Shown here piece after piece: positions 42,496 to 56,216 of a stretch of 64,000 nucleotides of DNA. The notes under the pieces are model-generated. The model was not told the DNA's origin. It worked only from the letters and a program-made list of their open reading frames with translations, and ran no database searches. Numbering within the stretch: position 1 is the stretch's first letter; the number at the start of each line of letters is the position of its first letter. A program made the translations under genes and the position numbers. Source of the stretch: Pseudovirgaria hyperparasitica (lineage: Eukaryota); the NCBI GenBank assembly GCA_010093815.1, contig ML996587.1; one strand, given 5' to 3'.

Positions 42496-43770
42496 ATATA
42501 GATCTAGTAAGTATCTCTAAAGAATATTATTAATAAAATTAATAAATAGAAAGAAATATAGTTAAATATAGTTATAGCTAAACTTACTTTAGATAATATA
42601 ATACTTATTACTATTACTAATATAGTCTAATAGACTATCTTCTATAATCTAAATATAATAAATAATATCTTCTCTAGTATATCTATTTATAAAAATATAT
42701 ATCTAATATAGATATATACTATTCTTATCTAGAACTATATTATTAGAAATAATAATATTAAGTAAATAAAGTAATCTAATAACTAGAAGTACTCTAGAAT
42801 TAAGATTATAAAAGTATAGTAGAAAAATATATAGAGAATTAAGATATAATTAAAAAAATACTCTATTATAATAATAGAGCTTAGAGACTCTATTTTTATC
42901 TATAGAATTATATAAGAAGACTTCTTAGCTAAAGAAGAACTACTTATAGTAGAACTATAGGACTAGATATAGATAATAATCTAATACTTTAATTATTAAG
43001 GGTATAAATATACTAGATAGAGATACTCTTAAAAGTCTATATATAGCTAGTATTATTAGAGCTATAGTATCTAAGAATACCTCTATAGAGTCTAGAGTAA
43101 TAGTATATATAATAGAAATACTACTAAGTACTCTAACTATAATAGAAAATACCTATTCTAGTTAGTAATATATATAAAATATAAATAAGTTACTAAGTAT
43201 ATTAATACTATAAAGGTAAGAGAAATAAGATAGATATACTAGACTATAAGATCTCTAGTAACTACTCTAATCTTACTAACTACTCTAATCTTATTTATAA
43301 ATATATTAATTAATCTATAAGGGGGTAGTAATAATATATAATAGTATACTATATAGAGAAAGATAGACTGTTCTAGAGATATACTTAAAGTAGCTACTAT
43401 ATAAGGGTAATTACGCCTTAATATAACTAGTATATAGACTTAAGCTTTCTCTAATACCTAATAAGAAGTTAGAATACCCTTATTATTATATAGATAAATA
43501 TATAATATAAATAAGAAAACTAGATAACGCTCTTAGAGAAGATAGATATTATAATAATAGCTATCTAGAAACTATATAAATACTACTAAACTAATAAACT
43601 AAAAATATACCTAGAGTATTATACTATCTACCCTTTAAGTCTAGATAGAAGAGTTCTATTCTATATATATAAATTAATCCCACTCTTAGAGTAGTTCTAT
43701 ATAGAATAAGATAATCTCTAAATAATACTATATCTCTAGATAAATATAAGATCTCTCTATATCTATAATA

Positions 43771-46700
43771 ATAATAATAATAATATTATATAACTAGGTA
43801 GAGTAGTACTCTATAGGCCTATGCCTCCTCTAGTCTAAGCTACTATATAAGAAGAAACCCCATAGGGAAAAACTTCCTTATATCTATAACTACATCTCGT
43901 TAAACCTCTATTTCGTCTTAAGTATATAGCTATAGGNNNNNNNNNNACTATATAAGAAGAAACCCCATAGGGAAAAACTTCCTTATATCTATAACTACAT
44001 CTCGTTAAACCTCTATTTCGTCTTAAGTATATAGCTATAGGGTACGCCTATTAGCCTATAGCCTATATTACCGTTATTTTACCCTTAGGTAGCACGTATA
44101 GATGCGGAGGTTATTAGTTAAGGGCTGCCCTTAACTAATAATCGGGGTTCTCCCGGGGTTCTTCCGGTATATATTAGATTACTACTAGCGTATACCGGGT
44201 CTCTTCTAGTATATATTTCTAGGTCTACTAGTACTAGAGAAGTAGTAGATATATAAGTATCTATTAGAAGACGTTCTTAGGGTACTTATTAAGCTATTAT
44301 ATAATATCTAAAGTCTTTATAATATAGATAACCTATTACTATTATATATAGAGGTTAGAGTATATAGCTAGATAGTAGTATATTATACCTCTCCGGCTAT
44401 ACGCCTTATACTATAGGGAGGTATTAGAAACGCCTCTCTTATAGATATAGTATAGGAGTTCTATAGCGCCCGTTCGGGCTTAGATAAGTATAGATACTTA
44501 GGCTTTCGTTAGCCCTTTATATATCTATTTACTCGGTTCCTTCTATAGCCCTTAAATCTACTCTAGGTATCTATTCTACTAGGAGGTCTAGTAGGCACGG
44601 AGTGCCTCTTTCTACTTATCTTAAATCTACGACTATATATTTTTCACGAGTTCTTAAAGGCTCTACTAGTCGAGGAGAGCGTCCGGGTTATCTTAGACTT
44701 CTTATACTACTTAGCTAGAGTCGGCTTCTATTAAGCACCTATACCGTATTTAATTCTAGCCTATATATAGGAGTACGCGGTAATATATACTAATTCGTAC
44801 ACGTAGCGCGGTAAAAGTATATTCTACGTTTTCTATACGTTCCTATACTTATTATTTAGTGAAGTATACTACCCTCTATATCTAGTAGAAGTTATATATA
44901 CTTATAACATCTATCTCGCGTCGTAGTAGTACTATATTAGTAGCTTTATATACGCCTAATATAAGACGGAGTATACGGTTCTATATGGATTCGAGCTTTA
45001 TTCGCCTAGTCTATATAAGGGCCGTGTACTAGTACTCGTATCCGTACGTAAAGGCGGGTCGTACTATAGATATATATAGCTAGCGTGCCTTATCCCGGGC
45101 GGTTCCCTACGTAGAGACTGTAATCCGTTATATAGCGGCTTCTATCTAGAGGGCCCTAGAGACGGCGTATACTACTTATAGTCCCTATTTAAGCTTACTA
45201 TCTAGTATAACTCCGAGCACGCGCATGCTTTATACTAGTAGTTCATTAAATGCGTCGATTTGGGGGCGTTATTCGCCTTCTCTAGTTATCTATTTCCCTT
45301 AATAATTAATAAAGTGCATGAGCTAGTATTTCTCTAGGGCGAACTTTACTCCGTGGCGTTTTACCTACTAGAGGCACCTCTTATAGTCCTATTCTAGTCG
45401 TCTATACGTTTAGTTAGTATTATTATTAATAGCTAGGAGGTATATATTATCGGCGTATCCGACTACCTCTATATACTTTATTCCTTAAAGAAGGTCTACT
45501 ATAAAGAAGAGGAATAGGATCGGAGAGATGGTGCTCTCTTATAGGATACCGTATGCCGTCTCTTTATATTCGCTCTAGTATCTAGAGATATATATCTAAG
45601 TTATTCTTCCTATAAGGAATAACTATATAAAGCGTATAATCCATGCTAGTATTCGTCTTATCCGGAGGTTATAAATAAGTCTTATATAGTTTACCTTATT
45701 AAACGCTCCGGCTATATCGAGGGAGAGGAGCGATACTACCCGTCTCTATTTCTATGTAGCCTAGATAACTTTAATAATATATTAGATAGCTATTATTAGG
45801 GAGCTATCTACCTTTACCTTCTAGTTCGGAGGGAGAAGATTATATTTCTATACCGCGGTACTTATCTTCTTCGCTATTATAGTCTCTAGTATCTTACCTA
45901 GGTAGAAGAGAAGGGCGATTAGTCTCTATCCCTTTAGAAAGTTAGGGCTCTTTCCTAGTTTCGGGAGTATAATAGTATAGGCGACTCGGAAGCTCTAGGG
46001 GTAGTACCCCTACGTAACGTATACTTAGAATATACGAGTAATAAGTAGTAGGGTCGCTTTTATAGTACTTTTTAGGTATTAATTTACAATTCCATCTAGT
46101 CTAGGTGCTTTATTATTTAGGAGTATCTTAATAATATTAAGTATATCTTCCTCCGTAACTTCTTCGGGGATATCTACCGCGTATAGATATTTAGCGCCGT
46201 GAATATCTAATAGGTCTACTAGTTCCGGGAGAGGGAATATAGCCTCCCGTAGAGCCTTAGTTTTCTTAAGGCCCGTAGAGTATATTCTCCCCTAATATAT
46301 TAGGGGAGGCATAAGTAGCGGGGGTATCGGAGTATCTATGCCCTTAGCCTATTTCGCCATGCGCTATAGCCCTATTATATATCGTGTCTATTAACTAGTA
46401 ATTATACGCTACTATTTACGCCTTTCATTATAGAGGACTTTATCGCGTTATCGTATTACTTCCTTCTATTCTTCCTATAACTTAGGTATTCTTATATAGT
46501 ATACGCGTCTATATAGCCTTCGGGCGTCTTATCTACTTTCCCATACTTAAGGAATCCCCTTTACTTCTAGGGGCCGGTATATTCGGTATAGGACGTGTTT
46601 ATTTCTCGTATTCTAGTATATTTATAGGAGTATCTATACGGCCTAGTCTATAGCTAGATTATTAGATATATCGACTATAGAGGGATCTAGGATCGCCGAT

Positions 46701-49153
46701 TCCAGGTCCTTTAGGTACTTTTCCTAGTTAGTATCCTTCTATATCTATTATCCCCGTTATTTATTTAGGGTATATACGTTTATTATAGTTTCTATATATT
46801 TATAGTCGGAATCCGTCTATACCTAGCCTAGGCGGTAGTATTAGATCCGGTGACTAATATACTCCGTGGTAAAGATAAGGTCAAGCGTAGACCCGTCTTT
46901 ATCCTATTTATATTTTTTCTATATAACTTATTCTATAGGTATAAGTAGGTATAGGAAGTCGTGGCAGCGGGTATATAGTTCCCTTACTCTAAGTTCTTCC
47001 CTAACTATAGCTAGGCCTCCCTACTATTAGTAGTAGAGGTTAAAGTCTCCTAGGAGGATATGTTACCCTAGTTCCGTAGTACCCTCGAGCATCTTATCTA
47101 GTATAAGTACACGTTATTAGTTATATATATTATATATATATAGGGGGCCTATATCTATTTATAGGTGTAGTGTTATTCTAAGGTTATCGCGCTCGGTATA
47201 TAACTATAATAAGAGTAGTATTAACCTATAAATATAGAAGAGGACTCGTCTTTCTAGTCCTAGAGGGTATATAGTATAGTATCCGGGGTATATGGTTAGT
47301 TTACTTATCTAGTAGTATTTATAGGGTTCCTAGATGGCGAGTATTATAGCCCCGGTCTCTTTAAGGAGTGTCGCCTAGTTCTCTCTTTTATATTATACGT
47401 TTACCTATATAATTTAGAGTATATTCTAGTCCCTTATTAGATACTAGGGAGTATATATTTCTATATACTTATTCCTCGGAGGCGCGACTATCCTCACGCG
47501 GCAGCGGCTTTAACTATACCTTTTAGTTATCCTATCGTCTTCGGGATAGTCTACTATCCTACCTAACTACCTTCTAGAGGGGAGGTTAGGGGTATTATAA
47601 AGGAAGCGCTCGTAGTAGGTATTATATTCTATAACTATCTCGCGCCTCTTACTTTTATCGTGCGAATGTATTCTATAACCTATTTACGTTTTATACACGT
47701 TAACGACTATAATAGGTGTTTCCCGTCGTAGTTTAAATACTATACTATATCCCTATTTCTTAGTCCGTCTCCTCGCGGTTTATAAGGGCACTCCTAGGTG
47801 GCGTGGTCCCTACGGTACTATCCGCACTTAGTCTTCTATAAGTACCTTTATATAGTATATCTATACCCTTAATAGTTAAAGTACTATATTATTACCTATG
47901 CTCTATCCCATGGCTCGGCTATAAGGAGCTCTTCTTCTATTAGGAATCCCTCCTATATAATACGTTATGCGAGGGCGGGGTCTTAGAGCTCTATAATTAT
48001 AGTAGAGTGTTTTTTCACCGTCGTCTTAATCGCCTATAGATTCTTCTACCACGCTTTTACGATCTTAATCCCTAGGTATTTTCGTATATTAGATTATTCT
48101 ATACGCGTAATATTCTCTACTCCGATAGCCTATCCCCGTATAGATACTATATATACTATAATCGGGTATATAGCTACTCTAATAGACGCGCTAGGGAAGA
48201 TACTACCTATCGCGTTTAGATCTCGTAAGATATTTTACTACGTAGTATTTATTATAGTAGTAAGTACTACCCCACCTAGCGTAACTTTAGTAGCTATAAT
48301 ACTTAACTATATTCCTTTCTATTCGTTAATCTTATTTATAATTTTCTTTAGAGATGTCTATTAGACCTACGCTAGTATATCCTTATCCTAGATTATAATA
48401 CGTATACTATATACTCTATCTATAGTCCTAGTAGTCCTTAGTACGGTAGCTCCGGGTATTACTATAATCTAAGCCTACGTGTTAGGGCGCTTACCTTAGA
48501 ATAGCTCTTCCTAGATTCTCTATAGGCTAGCTTCTATTCGGTCGAGTCTACTACTAGGTTCCTCTCGTGGCGACTTCCTTTCTTCCTCTATAATTTCTCT
48601 TAGATTCTAGATAAGGTCCCGGAATATATAAAGGAGGGTCTTCTTTCCCTCCTCGGCGTCCCTCTCTATACGTATTACCTAGTATTTAATTTTATCTAGG
48701 AGGGTCTCCCCTCTCGGGGTCCCCTCGGTCTAGGTTATCTATAGCGCTTCGCACCCTTAGTTAGTTCCTATATTTTAGATAGGTGTCTAGCTATCTATAT
48801 TAATATTACTATATAGCCGTTTCTACCGTACTAGTGGGTGTATATCTAGCGTATACCGGGGTATTACGATGCCTAAGGCCGCCATGGTTATTAGTTAAGG
48901 GCAGCCCTTAACTAATAAAAGGGGGTCGGCGTGTCGGCGTTTATTAGATATAGTCTATACTTATATTATTAAAGAGTCTTTAAGCGTATATATATAGTAT
49001 CTCTATACGTCGGTATCGTTACGTATTATATACTATACGTACGTACATGTGTCGGAGGTTATTATACTTAGTATACTCTATTATTTAATATATGTAAATC
49101 GCTATTTTACCCCGAATTAACTAGTTTAGTCCGTTAGAGTGTGAGAAGTTTTT
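43771..49153 (-). mobile_element. Full-length Tad1-like LINE (L2), RIP-inactivated
   Basis: Reverse complement of L1 without the SINE. About 17-bp TSD TCTCTATATCTATAATA at 43754-43770 and 49154-49170. Confidence 0.92.
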
Positions 49154-49439
49154 TCTCTATATCTATAATATTTATAACTAAAGAGAATTACTTATACTAG
49201 ATACTATACTAGAGAGTATTATAATATAAGAATAATATATTCTTCTAGATAGCTTTAATCTCTACTATAGATAGTAGAGAGACTTAATAGTTATAAGAGA
49301 AGAACTTAGAATAAGAGAACTCTATATAAGGTACTATAACCTTTTATATCTTCTTATACTAGTTAGATAAATTATATAAAGAAAATATAAATAGAATAAG
49401 AAGAGATCTATACTTAACCTTACCCTTACTATAGAATAT

Positions 49440-50953
49440 TATTAGAATAGATACTAGAATAGACTTAACTAGACTACTATAGTCTAGTATAGTCCCGTAA
49501 TAGAAGGACCTAGGCTAAGTAAGCTAGAATAAGCAAGGTTACTATATAAGTAGACTATATATACTTAATTTCTACTCTTTAGAAATTAACCTTATTATAA
49601 GAGTAGACTACCCTTTTAAATATATTTCTAAATCCTTCTATAATCTATTAGACTACTATCTTATATCTATAATTCTTATATTTTAATTTCTCTTTATATA
49701 GTATAATAGTAGTTTATAAAAATAGCTCTAACTACTTATTATAATACTTATAGTACTATCTCTTATAATAGACCTTCTTCTAATTTAAATAAGAAGAATA
49801 GTCTATCTATAATTACCTCTACTACTAACTATATCTTATAGACTATTATACTAATAACTTATATAATATTCTATATAACTATAGAAGATATTATAGAATA
49901 TAAGAATAGAGTCTATTATACTCTATCTTAGTCTAGTTTAAACTATACTAGATCTAACCTTAATATAAGGCTAGACCCTATTAATATTAATAAGTTAATT
50001 TATTAGAACTATCTAATATTAACTATATACTATAATAATATATATACTAGACTATATAAAGAGAGATAATATTAGATCTAACTTAAGTAATAACTATATA
50101 AACTTAATAAAGCTTAAGAATATACTATAAGACTTAAAGCTATATTATATACTTTAGTTCTAGTAATAACTAATTTATATCTATATAGACCTATACTAAC
50201 TAAAATAGTCTATTCTAGTCTACTACTATCTTAATTACTCCAATCTAAGAAACTATCTTACTTTAATAGTAAAAGTAGAAAGAGTTTCTATATAGACTTA
50301 CTAATATAGCTAATTCTTCTATCTATTTATAAATAATAGTAATAAAATTAGATTTACTTAGAACTATCTTAATCTAATACCTTTAGAATATTAGATAGTA
50401 TACTAAATTAAATACTCTAAGAATATCTATAACTAGAATATATTTACTAAATTTCTTCTCTAATATTTTAGTAATAGAGCTAAATAATATAACTAGGTCT
50501 AGAGCTATATCTTTAAGACTTAATAATAAGATAACTAGTTACTATTATAACTTCTTAAATATCTTTAGTCTCTCTAGAGAGAAGCTAAAGAAGATTATAT
50601 AATTTAATAATATAATAACTTTAAATAGTCTCTTACTCTAAATATAAAGAACTATCTTAATCTTATAATAATAATCTCTATAGATCTCTAAGCTCTTATA
50701 AATCTTATAGAGTAATACTAGTATATAATAAATAACTAATATTATACTAGTATATAACTATCTCTAATAATCTAATCTAATATAAAATTATCTAACTAAA
50801 GCCGATTTAGTAGAAGACCTTATAGAATATTATAAGATTACTACTACTTCTTAAACTTAAGAATATAAGAATTATATTATAGATCTCTCTACTAATTAAT
50901 ATATTAAGATATAAGAACTAACTTATATAAATAATCTAAAGTTACTTACTATA
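49440..50953 (+). mobile_element. 5' LTR (49440-49680) and probable gag relic of Gypsy family B, running into an N gap
   Basis: LTR matches the rejoined 19891-19959 + 27292-27462. It is followed by PBS-like TTTTAATTTCT, complementary to AGAAATTAA within the LTR. Confidence 0.7.
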
Positions 50954-51402
50954 NNNNNNNNNNNNNNNNNNNNNNNNNNNNNNNNNNNNNNNNNNNNNNN
51001 NNNNNNNNNNNNNNNNNNNNNNNNNNNNNNNNNNNNNNNNNNNNNNNNNNNNNNNNNNNNNNNNNNNNNNNNNNNNNNNNNNNNNNNNNNNNNNNNNNNN
51101 NNNNNNNNNNNNNNNNNNNNNNNNNNNNNNNNTATAAGAACTTAATATTAATATCTAAGCTCTAATAGATACTATATTCTATAGTATTAATAGTTCTATT
51201 AAGTTATATAGTATCTATACTATTAAATATAGTATCTAGAATAGTAGAGGGAAATAGAAACTCTACTACTCTATCTTTATTATAGTAGATAGTTTCTTTA
51301 ATATAATTCTAGATATACTATAGCTTAAAAAATATAATCTAAAACTAGATTTTATTAAGAAGATAGCTAGCTAGCGTATAAACCTACCTTAATAGAAACT
51401 AG

Positions 51403-52170
51403 TATAGTAAGCTATTCTTAGGCGTGTTTCTTTTAAGGGAAGAGGTTTACTCTTTAATAAAATAGATGTAACTTTGTTATGTCTATCTCTTCTATATACT
51501 AAAAGTACTCTTTAATCTTATAACTACTTATTAGGTCTCTTATATAATAGAATAGGTCTATATAATACTTATAATCGATTCTTTAATAACTATATCTATT
51601 AATTAATATCTATAGAAGTCTATAAATATAAAGAAAAGCTAAATACTTAAATATTAGTAATAGAGAGTATATATATATCTTAAAATTAGTAGAGAAATAT
51701 TCTCCTTAAGTATATAAATATACTATATAATTAAGCTAGGGATATATATATATATATATAGGGCTATAGATACGGCCTTCTATATATACCTCCCCGGCCT
51801 ATAGAACTACTACCCTTAGTAGTATAATAGCTACTATAGAAACTATATAGAAAATACCTAAAGAAACTATCTAGAAAATAAAGAAAAAGACTAATAATAA
51901 GTAGTTATTATAGATAAATATTAGTCTAGATTATTAGTTAAGGGTAGCCCTTAACTAATAATTAGATAGATTTAGATATCTATTCTTATTATAATAAAGC
52001 TTCTCTAGTAAGGATATGGCTTATCCCTAAAGTAGCCTATTATATAGAGTATTCTAGCTTTTCTAAAGGTAAAGGTACTTAGAAGGCTCGGAAGAGTATA
52101 AGTAGATTTATAGTAAGTATTAATAGAGTATAAATAGTAACTAGCTAGTAGGCGAGTAAAGTAGTAATTA
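51403..52170 (-). mobile_element. 3' end of a diverged Gypsy family D element (D'): LTR 51403-51784, PPT, 3' UTR with palindrome
   Basis: Aligns with 57806-58360, including the PPT GGGGAGG (minus strand) and the palindrome at 51931-51961. Confidence 0.75.
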
Positions 52171-55100
52171 TATTAGTATAAGTTTAAATTAATTACTATA
52201 GAACTATCTCTAGAGGTTAGATTTAAAGGGTCTATATAGTTCTACTAAGGTTCTTTAATTAGAATACTTATTCTAAGCGTCTAGTATATTACTTAGAATA
52301 TTAGTATTCTATTTCTAATTACTTAGTAGACTACTTAGAATATCTATTCTAAGTATCTATAATTAGCTCTCTCTATAGATATCTATCTTAGCCTTAGATT
52401 ATTATCTAAGGCTATCTATAGTATTATAAGTACCCCTTCTATATATTATACTATCTCTTATACTACTTATACTAGAGTCTATATATTCTTCTATAGTTAT
52501 AGCTAGTAATTTATTATATAATACCCCTTCTAAGATAATTTATCCTAAAGTACTTCTATTACTACTTATAAGTAGATAGTTATTCTAACTTCCTCTAGTA
52601 AGGAGCTCCTTTCTCTTTACTTTTATTATATCTAGAGTTATAAAATTAGTTAAGTCTTCTAAGTCTAATCCGGTAAAATAGAGAGTTACTTTATCTATCT
52701 TAATTAATTATAAGAGTAATAAAATACCTTTCCCTTACTTATTTTATAAGAAATATAGTTTAACTTATAGAGTAATATTTATAAAGTCCGATAAGTATTT
52801 AGAGTATATTTATTAGAGTTATTTAGTAAGTAAATATAGAATTAAAGCTTTAAGTAAGTTATCTTATAAGTCTTCTTTCTTTTTATTAGGGTAGATTAGT
52901 AATATTTCTAGATAAGAAGGTCTATTCTAAGAAGGCTTGCCTTAAGCTAGAGAAAGAATATACGGCCGTTATCTAGCGAAAAGCTTAGTAGAATACTTAG
53001 ACTACCTTTATATATCTAGAGCGTTTAGAGAAATAGTAGAAGTTATTAGAGTATTATTAAAATAATATACTTTATTAGAATCTATTAGTAATAGATCTTA
53101 AGAAGAAGAAAGAGTAACTTAAATAATAATAGAGAGTTATTACTAAGAAGGTTCCGAATCCTCCCTTAGATTTAAATAATTCTTAGCTTAGTATAGAGAA
53201 CTAGGCGAATCTAGACTTGATTAATAGACCTTCTATAATAGTTACTAGTAGTTTATTAAATATTCTCTAGGTTTCTAAGTATTTAATTTATATCTATAGC
53301 TCTTCTACTTAATTAGGTACTCTAATATTCTATTACTAATTCTAGATTCTAGAATCTTTTTAACTTTAAATTCTTTATTTATAACTTTAATATTAGTTTT
53401 AACTTTTATATTACGTAGTACTAGTTCTAGTAATAAGATATAAAATACTAGGTATATTCTTATATTCTAAGGTAAAGATAGTTTATAATTAACTTCTAAA
53501 ATTTTTTATTTTATTCTAAAAGGTCTAATCTTCTTAAAGTCTAGTTTACTATTTAGTTATTATATCTTAACGTTTTTTTATATAAGGAATACTAGGTCTT
53601 CCCCCTTTAGAGATAGTCTCTTTATTCTTTTCTAATTTATATATTTTACTATTCTTTTATTTATAAAGGAAAGTTTAGTTTATAGTTCTAAGTATAGCTT
53701 ATATAGTTATTCTACCTTAATCTTTACTTTTAGTATAGATTATTCTAGTTTATAATTATAGCTAGCTATAGAGTTAAATCTATAGTTTATATAGAATAGT
53801 AAAGTTTTAGTTATTAAGGTTATCGCACTATTATAGACGAATTAAGCTAGTAGTAGTAGTTCTATCTAATTATTTTATTATTTATTAATATAGTATTATA
53901 AGTATTATTCTAGTATTCTATTTAGAATCTCTATTTATCTATCTATCTATAGATAATAGACTATTAATAGTTAGTAACTTATTCTAAGCTATTATACTAG
54001 GCTTTTCTAAAAGTTTAATATAAAGAGCTTATCTCTATTAGATATAATACTATTAGATAATCTATAGTTTACTATAACTACTTATAGAAATATATAGACT
54101 ATTTCTTCTATATCTATATTCTTTTAATATAATATAAAGTAGATATACTTTATAAGTTTATTAACTACTACTAGTATAATATTATACTATACTTATAAAA
54201 CTAGTTCTCTTAAGAGTAGTAGATCTATTATAAAATCTATAGAGATTATTTTCTAAGTATATAATAGTAGGGGAATTAGTTAGAATTCTCTATATAGTTT
54301 ATATCTATTAGATTAGCTTTTACTATATAGAATATAGTTCTATATAACTTCTTTAATAACTTATCTTTTCTTATAGATTATATAGTATCTCTTAAATTAT
54401 TTATAAGTTTTTATTTCTTCTTAGTATCTATATATTAGACCTTTATAGAATTCTTTAATAAAGTAATAGATCTTATCTCTAGGAATTATACTTCTTCCCT
54501 TAGAGTCTTTAAGTATAAATTCTTTTTATATTACTATAATATATTATATTAGTCTAAGGTTTCTATCTTTAGTAACTTCTAATATAGTCTATTCTATAGT
54601 AGGTTCTTTTTACTTATATTCCGCTTATTAGCTAAGGGCGTTAGCTCTTCTACTTTTAGATTTCTTATAGTATATAATCTAAATATTAAATTCTATAAGA
54701 AGCTTATATTAACTAATTTACTTCTTTTATAGTTCCTTTATTATAGTAAAGGTTATAAGATTCTTATAGTTAGTATATATTTTTATTATATAGTCTAATC
54801 TATAAAGATAGCTTCTCTATTCCTTAAGGTATTTAATAATAGTATAGAGTTCTTTTTTATAGATTAGCTAGTTTATTTCTAATCCTTAGAATTTTTAGAA
54901 GTAAAATACTATAGAAGATCTTTTCTCTTATTTATCTATCTAGGTTAACTACCCTTTAATAGTAAATTCTAATATATCTATCTCTAAGTTTCTCTATTTA
55001 ATATATCTTTAATACTAGTTTAGTTATAATAGATTCTTTTAACTACTAAAATACTTATTTCTATCTTAGTTTCTATTTAAATATTATATTCTTCTTTATA

Positions 55101-56030
55101 AGCTTATATAGTAGGGCTATTTTTATAGAATAGTTATATATAAATTTCCTATAAAAGTTCATAAATCTAGTAAATCCTTAGATTTCCTTAACTATCTTAG
55201 ATTACTTCTAATTTTTAATAACCTTAATTTTCTTTAGATCTATTTATATTTCTCTAGATATAATCTTAAATTCTAGAAATATAACTTTCTATATATAGAA
55301 GATACTCTTCTTTAATTCTACTAGTAGATTTACTATTTATAGTTTCTAAAGTATCTTATATATATATTCTCTATACTCTAATAGATTCTTTAAATAAATT
55401 AATATATTATCTAGGTAGACTATTATAAAGTAGTTAAGGTATTTTCTTAATATATTATTAATTAGTATCTAAAATATAGCTAGTATATTAGTTAGTCTAA
55501 ATAGTATTACTAGATATTTATAGTAGCTATAATAAGTCTAAAAGGCTATTTTCTATTTATCTTCTTCTACTATATATATAAGATTATAGACTTCTTATAA
55601 ATCTATTATAGTAAAGTACTAAGCTTCTATAAGTTAGTTCTATAACTTATTAATTTAGGGTAAAGAATATTAGTTTTTAATAGTAATATTATTTAGATAT
55701 TAATAGTCTATATAGAGTTATTTACTTCTATCTTTCTTTAGTATAAAGAGTATTAGATATTCTATAGGTAATTTAGATAGTTAGATATATCCTTTTACTT
55801 CTATTTTCTTAATATATTATCGCGTTATTTCTAGTTATTTTTTAGTAAGTTAAGATATACTTTTAAATATAGGCGATATTCCTAGTTAGAGTATTATTAT
55901 ATAATTATATAGACTATACTTTAGTAGTTCTATCTTAAGTTCTTCTTTAAAGATAATATAATATTAGTAATATTTCTTTAGTATAAGTATATTATTTATC
56001 TTTCAAATCTATTTATCTATAGATATACTT
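52171..56030 (-). mobile_element. Gypsy chromovirus relic (family E): pol about 53200-56030; candidate 3' LTR about 52171-52520
   Basis: Minus-strand RT (VYLDNI about 55405-55420), integrase KLDFKKI.PF, chromodomain LEYLIK*KSY. PPT-like AGAAGGGG at about 52524-52531. The LTR has no second copy here, so its limits are tentative. Confidence 0.72.
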
Positions 56031-56216
56031 TATTATACTATATATTTCTTATATAAGAGTCCGCTCTCTATATTATCTTACTTATTATTAAGCTTCTAAA
56101 TATAGTAGATAGACTTTCTAGTTATTAGCGCCTTTATAGATTTATTAATAACTATACCTTATAGACTATTATACTAATAACTCGTATAATATTCTATATA
56201 ACTATAGAAGATATTA

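Larger units (their letters stand above)
31846..49439 (+). mobile_element. Old, very heavily RIP-mutated Tad1-like LINE (L0) split by three later insertions; pieces about 31846-32547, 35971-36073, 42496-43770, 49154-49439
   Basis: 5' end is homologous to the L1 5' UTR, including a decayed palindrome at 32075-32105. Pieces rejoin across the TSDs of L3, Copia and L2. Endonuclease-like LLDSFNLYY (=LLGDFNLHH) at about 49240-49270. Confidence 0.7.

Noticed and set aside
43828..44043. Tandem duplication of the LINE 3' UTR
   Set aside because: The two copies flank a 10-N gap; most likely an unmerged contig overlap.
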